This document shows, piece after piece, positions 1 to 9,966 of a stretch of DNA of 64,000 bases. The position numbers were made by a program, and so were the translations under genes. Within the stretch, counting starts at the first letter, position 1. The number at the start of each line of letters is the position of its first letter. Under the pieces are notes generated by a model that was not told the DNA's origin, did not search any database, and was given only the letters and a program-made list of their open reading frames with translations. This stretch comes from Candidatus Bilamarchaeaceae archaeon. GTDB lineage: Archaea > Micrarchaeota > Micrarchaeia > Anstonellales > Bilamarchaeaceae. The DNA lies in NCBI GenBank assembly GCA_038870635.1, contig JAVZJR010000004.1, forward strand, positions 1 to 64,000, read 5' to 3'.

Positions 1-260
1 AGCCTTTGCCCTTGTAACACAGAAGTCAAAGGCTTCGTAAAAAAATAAAAATAACCGGTAGAATACCTCAGGGTTTGGGTGAGCGTAAGCCTTTGCCCTT
101 GTAACACAGAAGTCAAAGGCTTCGTAAGAAGCCAAGAAAATAGGAGAAAACATAAAAACCCCTGCCGGCACCGATGAATACTGGAGTAACGGCACATAGA
201 AAACATTAGAAATACAGAGAAAACAGTAAGAAGCCAAGAATACAGTAAGAATACCTAAAA
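1..260 (-). repeat. tRNA-linked structured repeat element, copy A (truncated by window start): ~135-bp leader plus 87-bp tandem units
   Basis: The reverse complement of 260..16 matches 11051..11295 with about 6 mismatches. AGCCTTTGCCCTTGTAACACAGAAGTCAAAGGCTT occurs at 1 and at 88 (period 87). Begins right after the 3' end of tRNA-Thr. Confidence 0.95.
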
Positions 261-345
261 AGCCCCCGGCGGGAATTGAACCCGCGGCCTCGTGCTTTTT
301 GTTTTTTGATACCAAGCACGCGCTCTACCACTGAGCCACAGGGGC
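261..345 (-). tRNA. tRNA-Thr(GGT) with 13-nt intron at 37/38 (intron 297-309)
   Basis: GCCCCTG/CGGGGGC acceptor stem, GCTC/GAGC D-stem, CGTGC-TTGGTA[intron]A-GCACG anticodon arm, GCGGG-TTCAATT-CCCGC T-arm; relaxed BHB; CCA not encoded. Confidence 0.95.
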
Positions 346-414
346 GTTGTAGGAATTTAAATTAAGAGAAATAATTAAAAACAGTGGCTTATTATTTTCA
401 TAAAAGGTGGACTA

Positions 415-1176
415 ATGTTAGGTGATGAGGAACTTATTTTTAGTGGTACGTATAAGGATTTTAGTCTCGGGGTAAGATTTGATCTTTCAAATGCAAAGCC
501 CCAAGATGTTGCCTCTGCTCTTATCTACATTAGTGAGAAGATAGAAGGGGCGGGATATAAATTTTGTGGTATAAACTACAATTCAATAGAAAATGTAGTA
601 GAAAAATTTAATAGTGTGGAGCAACTCTGTGATTATCTCAAAAAGGGTGATTTTAAGAAAGCCCTTGATGCCGCTGTAGAAGATAAAAAACTAATTCCTG
701 CAGCAGAAAGTTATTTTTTTAATCTTCTATTAAGAAGAAATAATATTCCTATAAAACCAAGTTTTCAGCTTACACTAAAACCATACAGTTATAATGAACA
801 GGGTCGTATTGTTTTTGTTGGTAAATATGGGGATTGGGTTGCAATAAAGAAGCTTTCGCTTTCTGATGTAGAGTTTGATTGGGAAGTAGCTGGTTTAATC
901 GCAAGTGTCAATATGACTGCGGTTAAAAAAGCATTTCAATTTGGTACTAAAAATTATATACAAATAGAAGAAGAAGCTAAAAAACTTGTTCAAAAAAAGA
1001 GAAAATCGTTTGCTGCAGCTGCTGAAATAATTCATACTACTATTGATAATCCGGTACTTTTAACTTTGGCCTTAGAGGAACTTGGTTATTATACTTATCT
1101 CTCATTATTTGCTTTAATGGAAGCTTATCCTGATCTTAAACCAAAAAAACCAAAGGGAAGAATGCCTTCTAAGTAA
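415..1176 (+). CDS. DUF2666-like archaeal protein, apparently two tandem copies of the domain
   Basis: 'RIVFVGKYGDWVAIKKL...VAGLIASVN' and C-terminal 'AYPDLKPKKPKGR' resemble DUF2666 as recalled; the N-terminal half is a similar module. Confidence 0.6.
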   Translation: MLGDEELIFSGTYKDFSLGVRFDLSNAKPQDVASALIYISEKIEGAGYKFCGINYNSIENVVEKFNSVEQLCDYLKKGDFKKALDAAVEDKKLIPAAESYFFNLLLRRNNIPIKPSFQLTLKPYSYNEQGRIVFVGKYGDWVAIKKLSLSDVEFDWEVAGLIASVNMTAVKKAFQFGTKNYIQIEEEAKKLVQKKRKSFAAAAEIIHTTIDNPVLLTLALEELGYYTYLSLFALMEAYPDLKPKKPKGRMPSK

Positions 1177-1188
1177 TGAGGTGGATAA

Positions 1189-2091
1189 ATGAAAAAAATA
1201 AAAGGGGAAGCAACAGGCAAGGTTATACTTTTTGGTGAGCATTTTGTTGTGTATGGCGCGCCGGCTATAGCCGCGGCAATAAATAATAAAGCGATAGTTG
1301 AAATTGAAGAATCAGAAGAAAACGATATAATAACTAATCTAGAGGTCATCCCTGAAATGAGTAAAGGCGCAATTGCCGCGATTGAGCGAGCAATGGGCAT
1401 AGATAAAAAATTCAAGGTTTATCTAACAGGCAATCTTCCTACTTATGGCGGTTTGGGTTCATCTGCTGCTTTTTGTGTTGCTTTAGTAAAGGCATTTGCC
1501 GCTTACAAAAATCTTCATCTAAATAAAAAACAGATAAATGATTTTGCCTACGAAGGTGAAAAAGTTTTTCATGGTTCTCCTTCTGGTATTGATAATTATA
1601 TGGCGACTTACGGTGGTTTTCTTCTTTTCAAGAAAGGAGAAAATGGTTTACAAAAACAACTAGAAATTAAAAATTCTTTTAATGTTGTAGTTGGTTTTAC
1701 TGGCAAATTGAGTCCTACTGCTAAAATGGTAGCAGAAGTTAGAAAATTAAAAGAAGATGATCCTGAGAAATTTACAGAATTATTAGAAGAAGCAACAGAA
1801 TTAGTCTATAAAGCTGCTGCGGCTATTGAAAAAGGAAAACTAGAAGAGATTGGAGTATTTATGAATCAAAATCAAAAATTACTCGATGCTATAGGTGTTT
1901 CTGATGAAAAAAACGAAGACATGATTAAACTTATGCTTGAGGCCGGTGCGTTAGGTGCTAAAATTACAGGCGGTGGTGGCGGCGGTTGCTGTATTGCATT
2001 AGCTCGTGATAAGATCGCTGCAATGGAAATAGAACGAACACTAAAAAAGAAAGGTTATCCGTCTTTTACTACTCTTATTCCGAATAAGTAA
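1189..2091 (+). CDS. mvk: mevalonate kinase
   Basis: GHMP motifs GKVILFGEHFVVYG, LPTYGGLGSSAA, HGSPSGID, KITGGGGGGC. Confidence 0.92.
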   Translation: MKKIKGEATGKVILFGEHFVVYGAPAIAAAINNKAIVEIEESEENDIITNLEVIPEMSKGAIAAIERAMGIDKKFKVYLTGNLPTYGGLGSSAAFCVALVKAFAAYKNLHLNKKQINDFAYEGEKVFHGSPSGIDNYMATYGGFLLFKKGENGLQKQLEIKNSFNVVVGFTGKLSPTAKMVAEVRKLKEDDPEKFTELLEEATELVYKAAAAIEKGKLEEIGVFMNQNQKLLDAIGVSDEKNEDMIKLMLEAGALGAKITGGGGGGCCIALARDKIAAMEIERTLKKKGYPSFTTLIPNK

Positions 2092-2122
2092 TTAATTAAA
2101 ATATTTTCTGTAAATATCTTAC

Positions 2123-3010
2123 ATGCGTCTCATGCACCGAGGTTTGGAAATTGGTCTTGATAGTAAAGCTGATGACATCTCTTTTTTATCTCATGCCCAC
2201 TCTGACCATCTTTTTAATGCTAATTCTTGTCCAGTGTTAACAAGTCATGAAACGAGAGCATTGGCGAATATTAAAGGCGAGAATGTAAATGTTAGCGGTG
2301 TCAGATTAATTGAGGCGGGCCATATTCTTGGTGCACGTCAATTAGTTTTAGAGGGAGATAAAAAGATAGTTTATACTGGTGATATTTCGCTTAAAAATAA
2401 CATCTTTGATTTTAAGGCAAAAATCGAAGAATGTGATTACTTAATAATAGAATCGACATATGCTTCGCCAGAGTACAAATTTCCAGATCCTTTTGAAATT
2501 TATGATGAGATATCTAAGTGGGTAAAGATGAACGAGAATAAAATTGTTCTAATAGGTGCATACGAGCTTGGGAAGGCCCAAGAGTTAATTCGTGTACTGA
2601 ATGAATATAATCACATCGTGCCCCTCGTTACTCAGAAAACAGATTTTTTTTGCTCGGTGTATGAATCATTTGGTTTTAAGCTTGATAGAATAGCTATAGG
2701 AAGCGAAGAAGCAGAAGAAGCACTTAATCATCCTTTTGTAGCCGTAATTCCTATGCGTTTGGCAAAGAAAAATTTTGCGATGAGATTAAAAGAAGCTTTT
2801 GGAAAAGAGACACTCGTTTCTGTTGCCAGCGGGTGGGCACTTAGATTTAAGTACAATGTTGACCGCTCATTTCCTTTAAGCGATCATGCTGATTTTGATG
2901 ATTTACTTTTTTACATAGAACAAAGCAATCCAAAAAATGTTGAGTTTTTTGATGGAGGCGGGGAGCATCTTCTTAAAAAGATAAAGAATAAAGAGATGAT
3001 AAGTTGTTAG
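2123..3010 (+). CDS. metallo-beta-lactamase/beta-CASP family nuclease
   Basis: SHAHSDH, AGHILG, YTGD, ESTY, LSDHADF motifs. Confidence 0.88.
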   Translation: MRLMHRGLEIGLDSKADDISFLSHAHSDHLFNANSCPVLTSHETRALANIKGENVNVSGVRLIEAGHILGARQLVLEGDKKIVYTGDISLKNNIFDFKAKIEECDYLIIESTYASPEYKFPDPFEIYDEISKWVKMNENKIVLIGAYELGKAQELIRVLNEYNHIVPLVTQKTDFFCSVYESFGFKLDRIAIGSEEAEEALNHPFVAVIPMRLAKKNFAMRLKEAFGKETLVSVASGWALRFKYNVDRSFPLSDHADFDDLLFYIEQSNPKNVEFFDGGGEHLLKKIKNKEMISC

Positions 3011-3056
3011 TCTATTGAAGAAAAAAGTTTAATAAAATAAATTGAGGTAATATAGC

Positions 3057-3353
3057 ATGTACATGAAAATACATGAGGTGAATAATGGTCGAGTGGTAGC
3101 AGCTTGCGATAAAGAGTTAATCGGTAAAGTTTTTGAAAAAAATGGTATTTGTATTGATTTAGACACCTATAAGAATTTTTATATGGGCGATGTTGTTTCT
3201 GAGGATAGGTTGCTTAAAGAATTGAGTGATTTTTCTTCTGCTAATTTAGTTGGAAAGAAAGTTGTGTCAGTTGCTCTTAAAGCAGGGTTAGTATTAGAAA
3301 AAGAAGTAAGGTATATAAATAGTATACCTTATATTCAGATTTACAAGATTTGA
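3057..3353 (+). CDS. DUF424 family protein
   Basis: 'VVAACDKELIGK...FY.G...ANLVG..VV..A' archaeal pattern. Confidence 0.8.
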   Translation: MYMKIHEVNNGRVVAACDKELIGKVFEKNGICIDLDTYKNFYMGDVVSEDRLLKELSDFSSANLVGKKVVSVALKAGLVLEKEVRYINSIPYIQIYKI

Positions 3354-3364
3354 GAGTGAGGGAT

Positions 3365-3772
3365 ATGAAACCTATAACTATAGTTGCAGATGATAAGGTA
3401 GGTCTTTTAGCAGACATTTCATATATACTGGGAAAGGCAAAGATAAATATTGAGTCTATAAACGTTGAGGTTGTTGGCGGCAAGGCAGTTATTAGCTTAA
3501 CTTTGTCTGATCGCGAGCGTGGTAAAAGTGTTTTAGAAGCAGCTAATTATAAGGTTAATGAATTAGATAGTATTATCCTTAAGTTAGCCGACAGACCAGG
3601 CGAATTAAGCAAGGTTACTAATCTACTTGCAAAAGAAGGTGTAAATATAACGAATGTTCATATGATAACAAAAGATGGTAAAAATACATTGATCGCACTT
3701 ATGGTTGACAAGCCACGAAAAGCAGAGACCCTTCTCAAAGAATATGTTGTTTCTAGTGAAGAAACTTATTAG
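3365..3772 (+). CDS. tandem ACT domain protein
   Basis: Two ACT motifs, DDKVGLLADIS..L...INI and DRPGELSKVT.LL...VNI; ATG at 3365 preferred to the TTG at 3350. Confidence 0.88.
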   Translation: MKPITIVADDKVGLLADISYILGKAKINIESINVEVVGGKAVISLTLSDRERGKSVLEAANYKVNELDSIILKLADRPGELSKVTNLLAKEGVNITNVHMITKDGKNTLIALMVDKPRKAETLLKEYVVSSEETY

Positions 3773-3777
3773 CTTAT

Positions 3778-4812
3778 TTATAACTCTATTTCTATCATAT
3801 TTTTTTCTTTATTTATGCTTTTTATATTCGTATGTTTTTCTATTAATTTATCTATATTGTTAATACCAATTTCTTTAGCCTCTTTAATAATTTTTTCTGC
3901 ATATTCGTAATTCGTATAAAACCAATCTCCCATCTCTTTATATTTTTTTTCTTCTTCTTTGAGTTGTTGAAGATATTCTTTTTGCTTCTCTAAACGCTTT
4001 TTTAGCTTTATTAGTTCCTCCTTTTCTTCTACTACTTTATTTTCCCAATAAAATCTATCTGCAGCTTCACTCAGAGTTTGTGTGTACTCCTTTATCGCAT
4101 CATTATAAATAGACATATCGGTTAGGGCGTAATCAATGCTTTTGCCATTTTTTAAAAAAACAACTGGTTTTGGAGCGAATTCCATCTCTCTTTTTATTTT
4201 TTCTAACTGTTCTTTTTTTATATTATTACCGCTTTCTTTTTCATCTATTCCGCATCTTTTGAGAATTTCTGTGGCATAATTCTTACCTAATGATATTTTT
4301 ATCAATGAGGTTATAATTGGTTTGTCGTTTATTGCTTCTTCTATTTTTTGTGGAATAGGCGGAGGTGTTTTATAATTTTTTCCAATTTTTATCTCTCTTG
4401 TTGCCCATTTATTTTCACTCAATGCAGCGATTATTTTTCCATTTTCTGTAAGAATTACATTTCCATTTCTAAACATCTCGAAAATAAGCTCTTTATCACC
4501 AAAATTAAAAAGAAGGATTCTATCATTGTTTAGTTGTTTTACGTTTTTTAATATTTTACCAATTAATTCCTTCTTGATTTTTTTTGTGAAATTGTCTGGT
4601 TCTTCTGTTTCTTCAAGATATTTTGTTATATGAATTCTTATTCCCACCTCGCATATGATATCGTATTTTTCAAATCGCATTCTATATTTTTTTTGCCCTA
4701 TTTTTTGGAATTTTTGGAGACGTTTTCCACTAATAAGATTGTTCAACTCATCAACCATGTAGGAATATTCTATACCCGTCATCTCGCGTTTTTTTTCTTC
4801 CACCATTTTCAT
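3778..4812 (-). CDS. NFACT/Rqc2 (RqcH)-like protein, N-terminal half only
   Basis: 'Q..NDRILLF...LIFEMF.NGNVIL', 'REIKIGKNYKTPP', HhH region, 'TLSEAADRFY' and a coiled coil; ends before the NFACT-R region. Confidence 0.85.
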   Translation of the reverse strand: MKMVEEKKREMTGIEYSYMVDELNNLISGKRLQKFQKIGQKKYRMRFEKYDIICEVGIRIHITKYLEETEEPDNFTKKIKKELIGKILKNVKQLNNDRILLFNFGDKELIFEMFRNGNVILTENGKIIAALSENKWATREIKIGKNYKTPPPIPQKIEEAINDKPIITSLIKISLGKNYATEILKRCGIDEKESGNNIKKEQLEKIKREMEFAPKPVVFLKNGKSIDYALTDMSIYNDAIKEYTQTLSEAADRFYWENKVVEEKEELIKLKKRLEKQKEYLQQLKEEEKKYKEMGDWFYTNYEYAEKIIKEAKEIGINNIDKLIEKHTNIKSINKEKNMIEIEL

Positions 4813-4908
4813 TCTCCATTATTCTCTTAACCCATTCTCTTAACTAAAACTTTGTAATATTTTTTATACAGTAATATATTTATTAATTTATTAAGAGAGA
4901 GTACTTAT

Positions 4909-5817
4909 ATGGGATTAGAAGAAGAGTTACTAAAAATAATGACTAAAGAAGAATTGCAAAAAGAAGTAGCGAGGACTATTGGTGATTTTCATGGTTTTCT
5001 TACGAAACAAGCTGCTCTCAAAGTAATCGCTGCTGAGAAAGGTTTGATAAAAAAAGAAATAAAATCCATTAACTCCATAGCACCAAATTCGAAGAATATA
5101 AATCTTTCTTGTATCGTCGTATCTGTTGGCCAACTTAAAAAATACCCAAGTGGTACTTCCTCTCGCATAGTAAGTATAAAAGATGAAAGCGGTTCATCCC
5201 AACTTTTGTTATGGAATGATGACGCAGAAGAAGCCGCTGGCTTAAAAGCAGGCGATCGTATAGAAATAGTAAATGCCTATGAAAAAGATGGGAAAATTAA
5301 TCTTGGTTATGCGGGCTACTATAAAATAGTGGAAAAGGCATCTTTTAGTCCTCTCGCCGATGTATTTTCGCATGACGGAGAACGGCTCCATTTTCGTAAT
5401 TTTATATCTGATGTTAAAAAAGAAAGCACTCCTAAGTATTTTACTATTTCTGATGGTGTGGAAAATATAATTTGTATATTGGAGAGCTTTCCGGAGCGTA
5501 TAGAGAAACTTGTAAGTGGTAAAGAAGTTGTTATAGAAAATGGCCTTATAAAAGATGGCAAGATTATCATTGATTCTCAAAGCCGCCTTTTAGTTAAAAA
5601 AGAAAATGTTGTAGCGGGTGTTTTAGATAATATGGAGCCGTACGATAATGGAATTGCCCTTACAATAAGTGGAAAAAGAATTGTCTTGCAGAGAAGTCGC
5701 GCTTTTGAATTCTTAGGTGTGAAAGAAGTGCCTGGCTTATCTTTGTCAACAATTATAAATCTTAAAAAGAATATGTTTATAGGGCGAAATGTAGTAGTAG
5801 AAACTAATGGTGGTTAA
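4909..5817 (+). CDS. replication protein A-like OB-fold ssDNA-binding protein
   Basis: N-terminal 'GFLTKQAALKVIAAEKG' and OB motif 'IKDESGSSQLLLWND'. Confidence 0.75.
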   Translation: MGLEEELLKIMTKEELQKEVARTIGDFHGFLTKQAALKVIAAEKGLIKKEIKSINSIAPNSKNINLSCIVVSVGQLKKYPSGTSSRIVSIKDESGSSQLLLWNDDAEEAAGLKAGDRIEIVNAYEKDGKINLGYAGYYKIVEKASFSPLADVFSHDGERLHFRNFISDVKKESTPKYFTISDGVENIICILESFPERIEKLVSGKEVVIENGLIKDGKIIIDSQSRLLVKKENVVAGVLDNMEPYDNGIALTISGKRIVLQRSRAFEFLGVKEVPGLSLSTIINLKKNMFIGRNVVVETNGG

Positions 5818-7965
5818 ATGCAGATAATGCTAAAAGTTGCAGAAGCATTTCAGAATGATATAGGGAGAGGGATAGCAAGAATAGATTCCAAGGCTAAGAG
5901 CAAGCTTGGAGTTTCAACAGGAGATATAATAAAACTTACCGGAAGAAAAACTGCGCTAGCCATAGTTTGGCAGGCCCATCCTGATGATGAGGGTCTTGAT
6001 ATGATTAGGATTGACGGTATCCTAAGACAGAATGTTGGTATTGGTCTTGGCGAGATGGTGAAAGTTGAGAAGGTTGAGGTGAAAGAAGCAAAAAAAATTG
6101 TTCTTGCTCCAAAAGAGTCAATAAGATACGGTGGCGGTTTTGAGCAATATGTTAAGAAGCGCTTGGTAGGAAAGGCAGTTATAAAAGGTAATGTTATCCC
6201 AATAGGTATTTTTGGAGCTTCCATTCCGCTTGTAGTGGCACAAACGGTGCCTCAGGGACCATTAATAATAAATGAGAAAACTTCTATAATAATAAAACAA
6301 GAACCTGTTAAGGATATAGGAGCTATACCTTCAGTTACTTATGATGATGTTGGTGGTTTGAAAGACGCAATACTAAAAGTACGTGAAATGGTTGAGCTAC
6401 CTTTGAGGCATCCTGAGATATTCGAGCGTCTTGGTATTGATCCACCAAAAGGTGTTCTTCTTTATGGCCCGCCCGGAACAGGAAAAACTCTTCTTGCAAA
6501 AGCAGTGGCAAACGAATCTGATGCAAATTTCTATTATATTGGCGGCCCAGAAATAATAAGTAAATATGTCGGAGAGAGCGAGGAAAAATTAAGAAAACTC
6601 TTTAAGGAGGCTGAGGAAAATTCACCTAGCATAATATTTATAGATGAAATAGATGCAATCGCACCAAAGCGCGAAGAAGTTGTTGGTGAAGTAGAGAAAC
6701 GTCTTGTTTCTCAGTTATTGACATTGATGGATGGTTTAAAAGCAAGAGGAGAAATTATTGTTATAGGTGCCACTAATCGTCCTGATTCTTTAGACCCTGC
6801 TCTTAGAAGACCCGGAAGGTTTGATAGAGAAATAGAGATAGGTGTACCATCTAAAGAAGATAGAAAGGAAATATTGACAATTCATACAAGAAATATGCCG
6901 CTAGATGAAGATGTTGTAATAAAGGAAATCGCAGATATGACTCATGGCTACACTGGTGCGGATTTGTCTTTCTTAACAAAAGAGGCTGCGCTCAAGGCAT
7001 TAAGAAGGATGCTTCCAGTGATGAATATTGAAGAAGAGACCATACCTCAAGAAATTTTAGAGAAATTAAAAGTTAACAAAAAAGATTTTTTAGATGCGAT
7101 GAAAGAGATTCAGCCTTCTGCTTTGCGAGAAGTTTATATAGAGCGGCCTAATGTTAAATGGTCTGATATTGGTGGATTAGAAGATGTAAAGAGAACGGTT
7201 AAGGAGGCAGTAGAACTACCACTTAAAAATCCAAAAATATTTGAAAAGATGGGTATACGCCCCATAAAAGGTTTACTTCTTTATGGACCTCCAGGAACAG
7301 GAAAAACATTAATAGCCAAAGCGGTAGCGAATGAATCAGAAGCTAATTTTATAGCCATAAATGGAGCTCAGATATTGAGTAAATATGTTGGTGAATCCGA
7401 GAGAACTCTACGAGAAATATTCAAAAAAGCCAGAATATCCTCACCTTGTATCTTGTTTATTGATGAAATAGATGCAATAGCTCCTAGAAGAAGTGCATCA
7501 GGTGAAGGAGGAACTTTTGTTACAGAGAGGATTGTAGATACTTTACTTACAGAGATGGATGGATTAAGAGAAATGAAAGAAATCGTAGTTATTGGAGCTA
7601 CTAATAGGCCGGATATGTTAGATCCTGCGTTGCTTAGAGCAGGGCGTTTTGATCGTATTATCGAAATACCCCCACCAGATGAAAAGGGTCGTATGGAAAT
7701 ATTTAAGATACACACTAAGATGATGCCACTTGCAAAAGAAGTTGATCTAAAAGAATTAGCTAAGTTAACAGAAGGTTATACTGGTGCTGATATAGAGAAC
7801 TTAGTGAGAGAGGCCGGCATGGCGGCCATACGTGAAAATGCCAAAAATGTTTCTATGAGACATTTCGAGCAGTCATTTAAAGCTATTTTCCCAAGCATAA
7901 AGAAAGATGATGTCGAAAGTGTAAAGAAGTTTAAAAATTCCCCCGTAGGAGCAATGTATAGGTAA
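5818..7965 (+). CDS. cdc48: CDC48/VCP AAA+ ATPase
   Basis: N-domain '[10 protein letters not shown]' and two AAA modules ([29 protein letters not shown]); C-terminal MYR. Confidence 0.97.
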   Translation: MQIMLKVAEAFQNDIGRGIARIDSKAKSKLGVSTGDIIKLTGRKTALAIVWQAHPDDEGLDMIRIDGILRQNVGIGLGEMVKVEKVEVKEAKKIVLAPKESIRYGGGFEQYVKKRLVGKAVIKGNVIPIGIFGASIPLVVAQTVPQGPLIINEKTSIIIKQEPVKDIGAIPSVTYDDVGGLKDAILKVREMVELPLRHPEIFERLGIDPPKGVLLYGPPGTGKTLLAKAVANESDANFYYIGGPEIISKYVGESEEKLRKLFKEAEENSPSIIFIDEIDAIAPKREEVVGEVEKRLVSQLLTLMDGLKARGEIIVIGATNRPDSLDPALRRPGRFDREIEIGVPSKEDRKEILTIHTRNMPLDEDVVIKEIADMTHGYTGADLSFLTKEAALKALRRMLPVMNIEEETIPQEILEKLKVNKKDFLDAMKEIQPSALREVYIERPNVKWSDIGGLEDVKRTVKEAVELPLKNPKIFEKMGIRPIKGLLLYGPPGTGKTLIAKAVANESEANFIAINGAQILSKYVGESERTLREIFKKARISSPCILFIDEIDAIAPRRSASGEGGTFVTERIVDTLLTEMDGLREMKEIVVIGATNRPDMLDPALLRAGRFDRIIEIPPPDEKGRMEIFKIHTKMMPLAKEVDLKELAKLTEGYTGADIENLVREAGMAAIRENAKNVSMRHFEQSFKAIFPSIKKDDVESVKKFKNSPVGAMYR

Positions 7966-7969
7966 TCAT

Positions 7970-8359
7970 ATGAAAGCGATTCTTTTCTTTAAATCTTTTT
8001 TACTTCTGCTCGTAATAGCTTTAGTTATCTTTGTGGCTACCCCCATGGACTTGCTTACATTCGCAAAGGTTGTAGCAGCCTCTTTTCTTTTATCTATTCT
8101 TTTTGCATTGTTATATCCTGAAATTCGTGGAGTAAGAAATGGAGATATAGTGCTCGTTTTAAGTTCGGATTCAACAAACTCTATTACTGCTCGTTTAGGA
8201 AAGGCGCTTAATAATGCCAAAAAGAATTCTGAATTAAAAATAAGACTTTCTGATGGCACAGAAGTTATTGGAGTATTGCAAAGCTACGAAGGTTTTCTCA
8301 CACCTCCAACAGCTAAATTATTATACGAAGAACAATTGGTGGAAAAATGGAGATACTGA
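7970..8359 (+). CDS. hypothetical membrane protein (2 TM + small beta domain)
   Basis: Two N-terminal hydrophobic helices; tightly coupled between cdc48 and the S2P gene. Confidence 0.7.
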   Translation: MKAILFFKSFLLLLVIALVIFVATPMDLLTFAKVVAASFLLSILFALLYPEIRGVRNGDIVLVLSSDSTNSITARLGKALNNAKKNSELKIRLSDGTEVIGVLQSYEGFLTPPTAKLLYEEQLVEKWRY

Positions 8360-9042
8360 TAGAGCCAGATGAGGCAAAGGAAATTCTTATCAGTGTAACT
8401 GCTATTTCGTTAGCCTTCGCCCTTGTGTTTGCAGGGTTGGATGGTGCAGTTCGTTATCCTACTTCCTTTCTTTTCTTTGTTTTTATCTCTATGCTTACAG
8501 TAGGGAGCGGTTTTGTTTTGCACGAAATGGGGCATAAGCTCACTGCGATATATTATGGCGGTATTTCAAAGTTTAAGATGTGGTCTAATGGCCTTATCTT
8601 TATGCTTATTGTATCTCTGTTTGGCGTTTTGTTTGCAGCACCTGGCGCAGTTTATATCTACTTAAACAAAATAACAAAGAAGCAAAATGCACTAATTTCG
8701 CTTGCAGGTCCATTTGTTAATGTTGCTTTGGTTTTTTTCTTTCTATTATTATCAATTTTTAATCCCATAAGAGTTTATTTTCCTTTTATAGAAGGCGGCG
8801 GAGTTAATGTTTGGTATTTTGGTGCTCAGATAAATCTCTTACTCGCTCTCTTCAATATGATTCCAGCTTTTCCTCTTGATGGGAGTAAGGTATTTGCTTG
8901 GAGTAAGATTGGATGGGCAGCAGTGGTTGGTGGCATGCTATTCATACAAGCATTTGTTTTTTCACCTGTGTTGGTAATCTCTTGGCTTATACTTTTTGCT
9001 TTGTTTTTCATTCTATCTCGTTTTTTATTCGGGCGTATGTAA
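8347..9042 (+). CDS. site-2 protease (peptidase M50)
   Basis: HEMGH, AGP, NMIPAFPLDG motifs; multi-TM. Confidence 0.93.
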   Translation: MEILIEPDEAKEILISVTAISLAFALVFAGLDGAVRYPTSFLFFVFISMLTVGSGFVLHEMGHKLTAIYYGGISKFKMWSNGLIFMLIVSLFGVLFAAPGAVYIYLNKITKKQNALISLAGPFVNVALVFFFLLLSIFNPIRVYFPFIEGGGVNVWYFGAQINLLLALFNMIPAFPLDGSKVFAWSKIGWAAVVGGMLFIQAFVFSPVLVISWLILFALFFILSRFLFGRM

Positions 9043-9054
9043 GTGGAGGGTTAT

Positions 9055-9627
9055 ATGAAAAAACAAAAATTATTTGAAAGAGGCGCTGAGGCGGTTGTTA
9101 CTAATAGTAAATTTATCCATCGCGATGTGGTGATTAAAGAAAGGATTGAAAAGAGATATAGAAACAAGAACATAGATTCAATGCTTAGAAAAAGCAGGAC
9201 AAAAGCAGAGGTGCGTCTTCTTCATCGTGCGAAGTGTGCTGGTGTTCCTTGCCCAACCGTTCTTTGTGTTGAGGATTTTTCTCTAATCATGACACGTATA
9301 AATGGTAGTCGTCCGAGAATGACTGAGGCACAGGCCAAGATGGCCGGAAAATATCTCGCTTTGCTTCATAATAATGGCGTCATACACGGTGATTACACAC
9401 CCGCAAATCTTCTCGCAAGTGGAAAAAGTCTTTATGTTATTGATTTTGGTCTTGGTTTTTTCTCGCGCGATGTAGAAGATATGGCCGTAGACGTTTTTAC
9501 AATGCTTAAATCACTCAAAGTTAAAAGAAGAAAATCATTTCTTGTTGGTTATCGCGCGTGCAAGCAATACAATGCAGTCATCAAACGTTTAGATGACATA
9601 TCTAAAAGAATGCGCTACGCCAGTTAA
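9055..9627 (+). CDS. bud32: KEOPS complex kinase Bud32
   Basis: RGAEA, K.RI.K.YR, RTKAE, HGDYTPAN, IDFGLG, EDMAVD, C-terminal R.RY. Confidence 0.92.
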   Translation: MKKQKLFERGAEAVVTNSKFIHRDVVIKERIEKRYRNKNIDSMLRKSRTKAEVRLLHRAKCAGVPCPTVLCVEDFSLIMTRINGSRPRMTEAQAKMAGKYLALLHNNGVIHGDYTPANLLASGKSLYVIDFGLGFFSRDVEDMAVDVFTMLKSLKVKRRKSFLVGYRACKQYNAVIKRLDDISKRMRYAS

Positions 9628-9962
9628 GTGTTGTTTAGTATTTCATTTAATGGAATGCATTCGCTATAACCAGTCCCGCATTCATTGCAAACTTTATATG
9701 CTCTTACACAATTGTTTAATACACAATTGCTTATGCTTCCAGGTACGCATAGGAAAGTAATAGTGCAATCGCTCCATCTTCCATTATTACAGATCTTTTG
9801 CCCTTCGCATTTACCTATATAACAAATTTTTGTAGAGTTGTTAACGCAGGTGGACTGATTTTCTTCTTTTAAAATTTCTTTTTGACTATTAGTAAAAAAA
9901 GCAAGCAAGACAATTACAACAAGAATTGATATAAAAAAAAGAATGCTTTCTAATTTTCGCAT
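9624..9962 (-). CDS. small membrane-anchored Cys-rich protein
   Basis: N-terminal TM followed by two similar Cys modules (C..G.C.G.K.C..G.WS.C / C....C....K.C..CG.GYS.C). Confidence 0.7.
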   Translation of the reverse strand: MRKLESILFFISILVVIVLLAFFTNSQKEILKEENQSTCVNNSTKICYIGKCEGQKICNNGRWSDCTITFLCVPGSISNCVLNNCVRAYKVCNECGTGYSECIPLNEILNNT

Positions 9963-9966
9963 TCTA

